This document shows positions 45,298-53,843 of a DNA stretch of 64,000 bases, in pieces. This DNA is from a virus (taxonomy: Duplodnaviria > Caudoviricetes). The notes beneath the pieces were generated by a model. It did no database searches and was not told the origin of the DNA. It saw only the letters and a program-made list of their open reading frames with translations. A program made the position numbers and the translations under genes. Location of the stretch: positions 1 to 64,000 of IMG/VR virus record IMGVR_UViG_3300001199_000006; one strand, 5' to 3'. Numbering within the stretch: the stretch's first letter is position 1; each line of letters starts with the position of its first letter.

Positions 45298-45861
45298 CTA
45301 GCCTCGGGTGATTGTGAACGTGTGTTCGAGCTGGATCGCGTGCGTCGAGAGCTTCACCTCGGGAGGGAATGTGACGTGCGCGATCATCACCCCGTTCGCC
45401 AGGAACAAGCCCTCCTCGGTCAGCGCCAACCCGTTGAGCGCGGACGCGGCCTGCGGCACGACGCCCGCGAACGTGACGGACGTCAGGCCGGGGTAGTAGA
45501 CGGCGATGAAGCTCACGGTGTAGCTGGGCGGGTTCTCGCTGATGTTGGTGTTACCCGTGACCGGAGCTGTCGGATTCAACGTCGTGCCCAGCTTCATCGT
45601 CGTGACGCGGAGGTCCGACACATTCGACACGCCACCCGCCCCGACGGAGGGGAAGTTGAGCCCGTGCCCGAGCATGCGCGACACCGCCGACAACCCGTTG
45701 TCCACGATCAAGTTCGAGTAGCGATGCTCGCTCGCGCGCCCCGACGCCACGAGCGCGCGCGTGAGGTCGGGCATGAGCGGCCGGTCGTCGGGCAGGTACT
45801 CGACCGGGATCGAGAGGATCCGCAGTTCGCCACGCAACATCAGGGCTTCATGTGCTTGCAT
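45298..45861 (-). CDS. Baseplate/tail-fibre-associated protein
   Basis: NLIVDNG...LTEEGLF...MIAH pattern typical of genes between gpI-like and fibre genes. Confidence 0.6.
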   Translation of the reverse strand: MQAHEALMLRGELRILSIPVEYLPDDRPLMPDLTRALVASGRASEHRYSNLIVDNGLSAVSRMLGHGLNFPSVGAGGVSNVSDLRVTTMKLGTTLNPTAPVTGNTNISENPPSYTVSFIAVYYPGLTSVTFAGVVPQAASALNGLALTEEGLFLANGVMIAHVTFPPEVKLSTHAIQLEHTFTITRG

Positions 45862-45878
45862 TTTGACACCGTGTCAAA
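45862..45878. repeat. Palindrome TTTGACAC-C-GTGTCAAA, copy 7
   Basis: Includes the stop at 45874-76 and fills the whole 12-bp gap to ATG 45861. Confidence 0.9.
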
Positions 45879-47466
45879 TCACCTGGCCGGAGATCGAGAC
45901 CGTGGCCGTCGCGGCTTGCGCCACGATCGTAGCGCGTAGAGGCAGGACGCGCCCGGAGATCGCAGTGGTCGCGGGACCCGCCACGGCCACGACGAGGCCC
46001 ACTCGCTTGTTCCGGTACACGGTCGGCACACCTCCGTCGTCCACCTCGAACACCTCGGACCCGGCCGGGATGTCCGTGGTGAAGGTGCGGATTTGAACGT
46101 GAGCGGGTAGCACGTTCTCCTTGAGGAAGCGAGCGACGCGCTGCTTCACGCCGTCGTCGATCACGACCAGCGGCGTGCCGTCGAGGTTGTTCAGGTGGAT
46201 CGCCACCTGCGACGCGGGATAGAACTCGTCGTCCGCACCGCTCGGCAGCGTCTCGTCGAAGTTGAACGGCCGCTCTTGGAACTCGTCCGCCGCGCCGCCG
46301 GGCTTGACCCAAACGCTCGTCGCGTAGCCCTGGAACCCCAGGCTCTTGAGCGCCGTCACGACGCTGTCGTCCGTACCCTTGATCTTCATCAAGGGGATCC
46401 AGTTGCGCATCAGCTCGCGCTGCTCAGCTTCGGGCTGATCCGCGTCCACCGGAGCGCCGAAGTTGCGCGCCAGGATCGCGACGTACGCGGGCGGACACTG
46501 CGTCGGGTCGATGAACGTCAGCAGCTTCGAGGTATCGCGCGCGAGTTGCGCGTACTTGAGCCCGAGGATCTTGGCGTAGAAGTCGTAGATCCCGGCGGGG
46601 TCCAGGATCTCGAACGCCCGTACGCCGTCCAAGGCGCGTTGCGGCAACGTACGATGCACGACCCACGCGGTTCCATCCCACTTGAGGACGCGCGTCCCCG
46701 GAATGACGCCGATCACTTCGTTCTCTAACGGGCGGCGGAACAGCAGCACCTCCTCTTCGATCCCGTCCCCCTGCACGTCCGTGACGACGCGCATACCGAT
46801 CGAGTTCGGCAGCGCGCCCTGATCCGTCATGGCTTCGCCAGGCGTCGGGACAAACGCCGCCGACACAAGGAATGCCTGGTACAGCGCGACAACGTACGCC
46901 CCGTTCACCCGGAGGTTGTCGAGGTGCGTGACGTCTTCAAGGTAGATGAGCACAGGGAAGCACGGGCGACGACCCAGCACTCCGACCAGAACCTCGGGGT
47001 CCAACTCCGGGAAGATGATCGAACGCAGGTCGCCCGTGACGACCGAGACCGCGTTGATCTCCGAAGTCAGGAACAGCGTCAGTGCGGTCAACCCGATGAC
47101 CTGAGCATCGGCCTCGACCGTGCCGCGCACCAGCGCGCTCACCCGCAACGTGCCAGTCAACGTCGAGGTACCGACAACGCGGTGGCTGGCCGGGGTAGGG
47201 TCGTCCAGACCCAGGTACGCATCCTGCTTGAGCAAGCCCGACAAGACCCCCCGCGCCCGCACACGCGGGTTGTGCGGGGGGCCGCTGCCGAAGCTGCCAC
47301 CACCCGTCGGAGTCTCCGCAAACCACTCCAGGTAGCTCGTGGCCTGGATCAGTTGCGAACCGGGAACGTGTCCCGCGCCGATGTACCAGATCGGCGTGGA
47401 CTCAGCCGTTACGACAGCCGTCGCGGTCGATGCTGTGACCGCGAGCGTCCCGGTGATGAGGACCAT
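45874..47466 (-). CDS. Baseplate protein with P2 gpI-like domain
   Basis: FIDPTQCPPAYVAILARNFG...RELMRNWIPLMKIKGT..SV..AL. Confidence 0.75.
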   Translation of the reverse strand: MVLITGTLAVTASTATAVVTAESTPIWYIGAGHVPGSQLIQATSYLEWFAETPTGGGSFGSGPPHNPRVRARGVLSGLLKQDAYLGLDDPTPASHRVVGTSTLTGTLRVSALVRGTVEADAQVIGLTALTLFLTSEINAVSVVTGDLRSIIFPELDPEVLVGVLGRRPCFPVLIYLEDVTHLDNLRVNGAYVVALYQAFLVSAAFVPTPGEAMTDQGALPNSIGMRVVTDVQGDGIEEEVLLFRRPLENEVIGVIPGTRVLKWDGTAWVVHRTLPQRALDGVRAFEILDPAGIYDFYAKILGLKYAQLARDTSKLLTFIDPTQCPPAYVAILARNFGAPVDADQPEAEQRELMRNWIPLMKIKGTDDSVVTALKSLGFQGYATSVWVKPGGAADEFQERPFNFDETLPSGADDEFYPASQVAIHLNNLDGTPLVVIDDGVKQRVARFLKENVLPAHVQIRTFTTDIPAGSEVFEVDDGGVPTVYRNKRVGLVVAVAGPATTAISGRVLPLRATIVAQAATATVSISGQVI

Positions 47467-47489
47467 CTAGTCGCTACTTCGACGCAGGA

Positions 47490-47936
47490 CTAGACGATGC
47501 GGATCGTGAGCGTGTCGGCCGTGATGGAATCACCCGTCGCCAACGTGACGGAACTGCTCCGCTCCCACCACGCGACTTCGTTGTCGGCAGGGTCCGTGAT
47601 GAAGGCACCGGCCACGTTGTTGATCGCGCCGCCCGTCGCGGTGAACGTCTGGTTCGCCAGCACCATCTCGGTGTCACCACCGCCACCGAGCGCGGGCGTC
47701 CAGTTCGCCTTCGCGATCGTCTTGTCGGCGTAGCCGCCCCCACCCGGCGTGTTGAACGTGGCAGTGCCGAGGTTCTTGCCCGGCGTGGACGTGGAGTCGT
47801 AGAGCTTGATCTTGGTGACGATGTGCGCGATGCCACCTTGGTTGACGGCGGCGGGCGAGCTGCTGAGGCCCGCGAGAACCGCGCGACGGTCGTCGATCAG
47901 GCCGAGTTGTTGTCCGTAGTTGGTCAGACTGGGCAT
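47490..47936 (-). CDS. Putative virion structural protein
   Basis: 148 aa, beta-rich, in the baseplate module. Confidence 0.6.
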   Translation of the reverse strand: MPSLTNYGQQLGLIDDRRAVLAGLSSSPAAVNQGGIAHIVTKIKLYDSTSTPGKNLGTATFNTPGGGGYADKTIAKANWTPALGGGGDTEMVLANQTFTATGGAINNVAGAFITDPADNEVAWWERSSSVTLATGDSITADTLTIRIV

Positions 47937-47964
47937 TGAAGTTCCTTCGGTACAGGTGGTGACG

Positions 47965-49635
47965 TCATCCTGCGATCAAGGTGAAGACCAAGGACCGCAG
48001 GTTGATGGCTTGGATCGCCGTGAGGTCGATCTCGGAGTTGAACAGGATCTCGTTGTTGTAGAGGTACGCGTCGTCGTAGAAAGCACGCGTCGCGACGCCG
48101 GGGATCTCGACGTCCTTGAGCGGGTCGAACGGGCCGCCGTCGCTGCCGTCGAGGTCGGTGTCGGTGCGGTACTCCTCGATGACCGTGCCCAAGGTCGGGT
48201 TCGTGAAGTCGATGTGCTCGAACACCACGCGCTTGAGCGTGAACCCGCGCACGCCCGGCACCTTGAGCACGCGAGAGTAGATGTCGGAGACGCGGATCAG
48301 GAACCCGCTCGACTCCTCAAACAGCGCGACCAGGGCCTCGACCACACCACGATGCACGTCCTTGGTCTGGTTCGTCGTGTCGTACTTGATCTGCCCCAGG
48401 TCCAAGTCCACCTGCGCGAGCGTCGGGCGGATCACGACGTTGTGGACCGTCACCATCGTGCGCGGGCGCAGGTATTGCTGCACCTCGTAGCTGCGGTTCG
48501 ACGGAGCCTGCACGTATCGGCGGTACGCCACAGCCGTCGTCGTGCCCTGCCCCGGCGACGTGCTGACGAACGTGAACTGCTCAATGTCCCAGACGTGGAC
48601 GCGCACGATGTTGCCGCGATAGCTGGACTGCGGCACGTCCGCAAAGACCAGGCCCACGTTCGTGAACGACTCCACGGCCTCCTCGTAGTCGCGGATCGTG
48701 ATGACCTTGTCGAGCGAGCGGATGTACGCGGGGATCGAGAGGCGAAGCTCGTCCACGGTCTCACGATCCTGCCCGCCCGTGGCCGCGCCCTCCGTGTTCT
48801 GGAGCGTGATGGATGCGGTCGTGCCCGTTCCGATCACGTCCACGAGCAAGCTGCCACGCACCGTGTTGACGCCGGTGTTGCCCGCCGCGCCGTTGGTCGT
48901 GCGGTACTGGATCGTGACCTCGGCGTCCGGAACCTTCCCCGCTACCCCGTCGCCGAACGCCACGGTCAACCGCCCCTGGCCGTCGAAGAAGACCTCGTAG
49001 GTGCGGGTGTCCGAGGTCTCCAGCGCGACGTTGCCGACCAGTACCCACTCGTTCTGCGGGTCCGTGGGATCCCCGACGAACACGGACCACGAGTCCTGCT
49101 CCACGACGCCACGCGCCGTGCGGAACTGCTGCCGTGGTTGCTTCGTCACGGCGAAGCTCTCGGAGTAGCTCTGCCCCTCGCGCAGGGCCAGGGTGACGAC
49201 CGACGAACCCGGCACGATCGTGACGTCCTCGACCACCTCGTACCGCAGGCCGTTCGCCCCCGTGAGGAACTGCCCCGCTTCGACGATCGCGCCGAACGTG
49301 ACGACGTTCGTCGGCAGCGTGCCGCTGACCACCTGCACACCGGCCGAGATCGCGCCGCGTACCGGAGCCCCGACGCTTCGCGCGAAGCGCAGTGCGCTCT
49401 CGTACCGCCGCGCCGTGGCGAGGAAGACCTCCTGCGCCGTGATGTCCTGCCCGTAGCTGAGCAGGTCCACGACGTACGCGACGAGATCAACGAGCAGGGT
49501 GCCGAGGTTCGTCGCCTGGAAGTCAGTGAAGTCCTGTGGGCGCGTCGCCTGGATGAAGGCCAGGACGTCCTCGCGCACCGTCAGAAAGTCACGGCCCGTA
49601 TACGCGATCGTCGGCGGTCTGGGTTGTTCAGCCAT
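47965..49635 (-). CDS. Baseplate wedge protein (T4 gp6 / baseplate J-like)
   Basis: YTGRDF...LVDLVAYVVD.LSY..D....E.FL.TA...; FGDG..GK.P; GGQDRETVDELR..IP......VITIRDY. Confidence 0.9.
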   Translation of the reverse strand: MAEQPRPPTIAYTGRDFLTVREDVLAFIQATRPQDFTDFQATNLGTLLVDLVAYVVDLLSYGQDITAQEVFLATARRYESALRFARSVGAPVRGAISAGVQVVSGTLPTNVVTFGAIVEAGQFLTGANGLRYEVVEDVTIVPGSSVVTLALREGQSYSESFAVTKQPRQQFRTARGVVEQDSWSVFVGDPTDPQNEWVLVGNVALETSDTRTYEVFFDGQGRLTVAFGDGVAGKVPDAEVTIQYRTTNGAAGNTGVNTVRGSLLVDVIGTGTTASITLQNTEGAATGGQDRETVDELRLSIPAYIRSLDKVITIRDYEEAVESFTNVGLVFADVPQSSYRGNIVRVHVWDIEQFTFVSTSPGQGTTTAVAYRRYVQAPSNRSYEVQQYLRPRTMVTVHNVVIRPTLAQVDLDLGQIKYDTTNQTKDVHRGVVEALVALFEESSGFLIRVSDIYSRVLKVPGVRGFTLKRVVFEHIDFTNPTLGTVIEEYRTDTDLDGSDGGPFDPLKDVEIPGVATRAFYDDAYLYNNEILFNSEIDLTAIQAINLRSLVFTLIAG

Positions 49636-50046
49636 CTAGCGCGCCCCGATGAAGGTCTTGGGGATCTGCACCGTCCGCTGCACGTCCAGGTCCAGGTCGC
49701 TCCGGAGACGGAACACGACGCGGATCTCTAGCCCGCGCGCGATCTCCTTGACCTCGACACGCACGATCTGCGCGTTGGTGAGTTGACGGTCCACGGCCTC
49801 GCGCACCGCGTAGTCCACGAGCGGGAAGTCGTTCTCGATGACCGGCTCGAAGAGCTGCTCGTGCAGCGCGCTGCCCAGGCTTCGGCGCATGAAGCGGCCA
49901 CCGATCGGCGTGAAGAGCGCAAGCAGAAGATCACCCCAAGCCGTGTCGCCAGGGTTCTTCGACTCGAAGTAGCCGCCGGGACCCTTCGTCGCAGGAAGAG
50001 CCAGGCCGCGTAACTCCGTCGCTGACAGGAGGTCGGGTGTCGCCAC
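49636..50046 (-). CDS. Baseplate gp25/GPW-like protein
   Basis: LFTPIGGRFMRRSLGSALHEQLFEP. Confidence 0.85.
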   Translation of the reverse strand: MATPDLLSATELRGLALPATKGPGGYFESKNPGDTAWGDLLLALFTPIGGRFMRRSLGSALHEQLFEPVIENDFPLVDYAVREAVDRQLTNAQIVRVEVKEIARGLEIRVVFRLRSDLDLDVQRTVQIPKTFIGAR

Positions 50047-50090
50047 AGGAACGGAAGTCTACCGGTCCCGCGCGCCCGCATCTACAGGGC

Positions 50091-50393
50091 TCAGGTCACG
50101 AAGACATTGGGGATCGTGGCCTGGAGCACGCCCTGGAGCCAACCGGTGCCGAGCATCGTCACGGCCCCGCCCACGTACACGGGCTTGCCCTCGATCAGCA
50201 CCTTCGTGCTGGTGAGCGTGCCGGAGATGATCGGGCCGCCGCCCGTGTTGGCCTGGCCAACCAGCATGACGCTGCGCCCGCCGATGAAGGTCTTGACCGA
50301 GCCCGAGGTCATGGGGAACGAGGCGTAGGCGGGAGGCGTGCTCGGGTACACGTACGGGCCGCCGACATCACCCTGCACGACGGGGATCGGCAT
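50091..50393 (-). CDS. PAAR-like spike tip protein
   Basis: 100 aa; MPIPVVQGD...GSVKTFIGGRSV...KVLIEGKPVYVGG...VFV. Confidence 0.7.
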   Translation of the reverse strand: MPIPVVQGDVGGPYVYPSTPPAYASFPMTSGSVKTFIGGRSVMLVGQANTGGGPIISGTLTSTKVLIEGKPVYVGGAVTMLGTGWLQGVLQATIPNVFVT

Positions 50394-51052
50394 CAGAACA
50401 GCTCCCCTCGCAGCGCCTTGAACTTGCCCTCGCCCTGCGCGAGCTTCTGGATCAGGGCCGCGAGGTTCGTGTCGAGGATACCCGGGACACCGCCGACGAA
50501 GGAGAAACCGTCAGCGAGCTGTGCGAATCGCTGGTACGGGCCTTCGAGGAACTCCTCGTTCCCGCACACCGATTGCACGGTGGCCGCGATCACGAGGGCC
50601 TCGGCGAAGGACTCAGGTGTGAACGCGATCCGCCGTGACTCACGCTCGTACCTGCGCGCTTCCTTGACCAGCTTCGCGTTCGGACTGTTGTCGAGTGCTA
50701 ACTCGTAGTTGCGTCGCGCGTCATCCACGTCACCGGCCGTCAAGCTCTTGATCTTCTGGAGCTGGGTATTGGGGTCAAGCGCCGTGAGTGAACCGAGATC
50801 GTCAAGGCCGAGCGCCAACGGCGTCAACGGGCAAGCGACGTACGTGAGCAGCGCGACAAAGTCGAGAGGCACGGGGCTCGGGATCGAATCGACGGCTGCG
50901 TCAACGTCTTCGACGGCGATCCCGGCTGTCGCGCCGAAGGCGTCGTTGAAAAAGCCAGTCATCGAGATGATCGCGGTGAGCTTGTCCAGCTCGATCTGCA
51001 CGCGGCGACGCAGCACCGACGTGACTGCACTAGGACACGCGCCACACGCCAT
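50393..51052 (-). CDS. Hypothetical protein (baseplate region)
   Basis: 219 aa; TGATG-coupled to the PAAR-like gene. Confidence 0.65.
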   Translation of the reverse strand: MACGACPSAVTSVLRRRVQIELDKLTAIISMTGFFNDAFGATAGIAVEDVDAAVDSIPSPVPLDFVALLTYVACPLTPLALGLDDLGSLTALDPNTQLQKIKSLTAGDVDDARRNYELALDNSPNAKLVKEARRYERESRRIAFTPESFAEALVIAATVQSVCGNEEFLEGPYQRFAQLADGFSFVGGVPGILDTNLAALIQKLAQGEGKFKALRGELF

Positions 51053-51055
51053 CGC

Positions 51056-51262
51056 TCACACCCGCTCGACGACGAAGCCGTCCAAGACGAAACGCGCGAA
51101 GCGCACGGAGCCACCGTTCAACTGCGCCGTATACGGCTCGACCGGAAGCTCGATGGGTAGCGACGCTGGAAGCGGGGAGGGCCTGAAACGCGCCGACGCG
51201 AACGCCGTGACCAACAGCCCGAACAGAGAGCGGCGCGTGAGCCCTCGATGAGGGTTTGACAT
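51056..51262 (-). CDS. Small protein with twin-arginine-like N-terminus
   Basis: MSNPHRGLTRRSLFGLLVTAFASA. Confidence 0.45.
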   Translation of the reverse strand: MSNPHRGLTRRSLFGLLVTAFASARFRPSPLPASLPIELPVEPYTAQLNGGSVRFARFVLDGFVVERV

Positions 51263-51270
51263 GGTGTCAA
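51256..51270. repeat. Palindrome variant TTGACAT-G-GTGTCAA, copy 8
   Basis: One mismatch; overlaps ATG 51262. Confidence 0.7.
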
Positions 51271-51285
51271 GCATACGCCGGAGCG

Positions 51286-51732
51286 TCAGCTACGCAAGAG
51301 GCGGCGGCGCTCGCGCTGATAACGCCGATGCCGTGCGCGGTACTTCGCGGTTCGACGCGCCCGGCGCTCGCGCACTGCCTTGCACCAGCGGCACTGCCTC
51401 TCACGGCGACGCCCGGGGCGTTGGCGGTAGAGCGGGCGAATCCACGGATGCCCGGCCGCGCACGCCGGGAGCGGCTTCGAGCGCGTCGCCTCGACTCGCC
51501 AATGCGCGGGGTTGACGCAAGCGTGCCGTCCACAGACGTTCTCGATCCGCCGCGCCCCGAGCGGTTCGATCAGCGCCTCCCAGAAGACACGGTGCGCCAC
51601 CTGTCGCCGACCCTGTACCTGTACCCGGACGTAGCCGGACTCGTTGCAAGGCCGCATCGGCAAGGTCCAACAGCCGTCAGCGTGCTCTCGCACACGGGCG
51701 CGCACCGCCTCGAAGGTCTGCGCCGCAGGCAT
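51286..51732 (-). CDS. HNH-endonuclease-like protein, probably degenerate
   Basis: CW...GY...AHRVFWE...RIENVCGRHACVNPAHW...CAAGH...RQCRWC; the usual DH-L-C is ENVC. Confidence 0.7.
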   Translation of the reverse strand: MPAAQTFEAVRARVREHADGCWTLPMRPCNESGYVRVQVQGRRQVAHRVFWEALIEPLGARRIENVCGRHACVNPAHWRVEATRSKPLPACAAGHPWIRPLYRQRPGRRRERQCRWCKAVRERRARRTAKYRARHRRYQRERRRLLRS

Positions 51733-52058
51733 CAGCGCTTGACGCCGCGTCGCATGAAATCGCGCGCGCTGTCCTCAGTCGCGTTGTATTGGCGCACACC
51801 CTTGCGCGCCAGGCGGACGAGACGAGGGATCTCCTCGGCGTCGTACAGCTCAGCGTCGCCCATGACGATCCAACCGGCCTTGAGGTTGAGGGCACGCGCG
51901 TGCCGGTATCGCGCCCGCCCAACACCGCGCATGGCGTGAAACCGCCACGCCACCTGGCCGTCGCTCCACAGCGCTACGGTCTTGCCGTCCGCCGTCTGAC
52001 GACGGGCGACTTCGTGATCCGCGTGAGCGCCGCACGAGCAAGTGGGAGGATGGAGCAT
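51732..52058 (-). CDS. Hypothetical protein
   Basis: MLHPPTCSCG...; TGATG-coupled. Confidence 0.55.
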   Translation of the reverse strand: MLHPPTCSCGAHADHEVARRQTADGKTVALWSDGQVAWRFHAMRGVGRARYRHARALNLKAGWIVMGDAELYDAEEIPRLVRLARKGVRQYNATEDSARDFMRRGVKR

Positions 52059-52066
52059 GTTCAGGT

Positions 52067-52702
52067 TCAGGTGGTCTTCGGGGCAGGCGAGGTGTGCTTG
52101 CGGAAGAGGCCGTTCTTCGTGACCGACACGACGAGCTGGCAGCCCGGGCACTCCGCATAGCGCCGGCACTGACCCGAGAACTTCCCGCTGTTCGGGCAGA
52201 GCGTTGCGGCCTCGGCGGCTTCGCGAGCTTCACGCAGCGCCTTGGCGCGGAGGAAATCGGGGTGCGTCTGAACCTCTGGGAAGCACACGGCGCAGGCCGC
52301 GTCTCCGTGAGCCTGCACCATCGCGCTCTCGTCACAGTCGGCCAGGTTCACGAGCCATCCGAACTGCGTGTTCCAGTGACAGGTCGAACAGCTCCGTTCG
52401 CGATGTACGTGGCCGCCGGGCACCAGGTAGTAACGCCTCCACCCGCCGCGTCGCGCGAACTCGTTCTCGAACGGGGTCATCTCGTCCTGGATCGCCTTGC
52501 GCTCGGCACGGACCTTGGCCCACGCGGCCTCGATCTCTTCCAAGCTCTGCCCATACAGCTTCCGCCCGTCGCGCGCGTCCATCACACGCTGCTCGTACTG
52601 GCTCTCACGCATGCGCGTCCGGAAGAAGCGCTCGTAGATCGCGGCGAGCTGGGTGTCGATCTCACACGGGGTCTGCTCGGTCAAGGGCTTGGTCTCGCTC
52701 AT
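52067..52702 (-). CDS. Conserved phage Zn-binding protein
   Basis: GGWRRYYLVPGGHVHRERSCSTC...ACAVCFP; leaderless start. Confidence 0.7.
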   Translation of the reverse strand: MSETKPLTEQTPCEIDTQLAAIYERFFRTRMRESQYEQRVMDARDGRKLYGQSLEEIEAAWAKVRAERKAIQDEMTPFENEFARRGGWRRYYLVPGGHVHRERSCSTCHWNTQFGWLVNLADCDESAMVQAHGDAACAVCFPEVQTHPDFLRAKALREAREAAEAATLCPNSGKFSGQCRRYAECPGCQLVVSVTKNGLFRKHTSPAPKTT

Positions 52703-52709
52703 GCCCGCC

Positions 52710-52738
52710 TCTTCGACCACGGTACCACCGGGTCTTGA
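52710..52738 (-). promoter_or_regulatory. TCAAG-N16-GTCGAAGA promoter (leftward)
   Basis: 7 nt upstream of ATG 52702. Confidence 0.75.
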
Positions 52739-52788
52739 GGGAAAGCGTTTCCGACCGAAGAAAGTGCTCGCGCGGTCCGGTTTTCGCC

Positions 52789-52817
52789 TCAAGGTCGCGG
52801 TACGCCCTGGCCGAAGA
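52789..52817 (+). promoter_or_regulatory. TCAAG-N16-GCCGAAGA promoter (rightward)
   Basis: 7 nt upstream of ATG 52825. Confidence 0.75.
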
Positions 52818-52824
52818 AGTGGGC

Positions 52825-53151
52825 ATGAGCAACGCCAAGTTCACCGAGACGTCCACTCCGGCGGTCATGCGCTTCGCCTACGACAGCGGCGCGCAGTGGA
52901 AGGTTAGCCCGCACGGTCCCGACGACCCGGACCGAGACGCTGTCTGGTGTGACTCACGCACCGAAGCGGATCGTGTCGCCGCGTGCGAACGATACCGGAA
53001 CGCGGTCGCAGAGCTGACCAAGGCTCAAGAACGCCTCCGCACCGCCGTGCAGCACATCGACACGTACGAATCGAGGTACGCGGTCGAGCGTTTGAAGCGC
53101 GAGGTCGAGGCCGCGCGCGAAGCACTGCCGGAAGACCTCAAGACGCGTTAG
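52825..53151 (+). CDS. Hypothetical protein
   Basis: MSNAKFTETS...; leaderless start. Confidence 0.65.
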   Translation: MSNAKFTETSTPAVMRFAYDSGAQWKVSPHGPDDPDRDAVWCDSRTEADRVAACERYRNAVAELTKAQERLRTAVQHIDTYESRYAVERLKREVEAAREALPEDLKTR

Positions 53152-53166
53152 GCCCAGAGCCGACAC
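53138..53166 (+). promoter_or_regulatory. TCAAG-N16-GCCGACAC promoter
   Basis: 15 nt upstream of ATG 53182, with a GGAGGA SD. Confidence 0.6.
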
Positions 53167-53181
53167 ACAAGCACGGAGGAC

Positions 53182-53487
53182 ATGACCATGCACGACCGAG
53201 CCCTGATCCTGAAAACACACGCGCCCAGGCCGGGCGACTCCTACCTGGTGCCGCGCTTCCTGGTGGTGGACACCGACGCGGACGAGGTGGTCGCGGGCTT
53301 CTTCACGATCGAGGAAGCCGTGGACCGGTATCCGAACGCCCAGCCGACCGAGCAGTTCCTCGCCGACGAAGATCGCCACGTCGCGTACCTGGTCGCGCGT
53401 GAGAACGGCCTGCGCCGCAGCCGCGAGTTCCTGACCAAGACCCTGCCCGAGCGCGTGCGCGCGCTCACGACCTCGGAGCCCTTCTGA
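53182..53487 (+). CDS. Hypothetical protein
   Basis: Strong SD; coupled to the next gene. Confidence 0.65.
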   Translation: MTMHDRALILKTHAPRPGDSYLVPRFLVVDTDADEVVAGFFTIEEAVDRYPNAQPTEQFLADEDRHVAYLVARENGLRRSREFLTKTLPERVRALTTSEPF

Positions 53488-53840
53488 TGAACGCCCAGCA
53501 CGAAGAGATCCTGATCCAAGGCTTCAAGGACGCGGCGCGCGCGGCCGAAGAAGCGGCGCGTAGCTCGCTGGAAGACGGCGGGGCCTGCAACTTCGACACG
53601 CCCGCCTTCCGCGTCGATCGCGTGTCGAACGGCAAGTTCCGCGCGCTCGTCGCACCCTCGGGCCTGACCGTCTCGGAGTTCACCTGGCGCGGGGGCAAGA
53701 AGTGGCTGTGGTTGAACCTGCCCAGCTACGGTCAGGGAAACCGACGCACGCGCGCCAGCCAGGCTGCCGTCAACGTGCTCGAACGCCTCGTCACGCAAGT
53801 GCCGGGGCTCCGCGTCTTCCACTACATGCAAATGGACTGA
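53487..53840 (+). CDS. Hypothetical protein
   Basis: TGATG overlap; DGGACNFD...QGNRRTRASQAAVNVL. Confidence 0.65.
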   Translation: MNAQHEEILIQGFKDAARAAEEAARSSLEDGGACNFDTPAFRVDRVSNGKFRALVAPSGLTVSEFTWRGGKKWLWLNLPSYGQGNRRTRASQAAVNVLERLVTQVPGLRVFHYMQMD

Positions 53841-53843
53841 CCC

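Noticed and set aside
9512-51270. Palindromes as recombination sites of a shufflon or as IS ends
   Set aside because: No recombinase or transposase in the window, no target-site duplications, and two copies lie inside intact genes.
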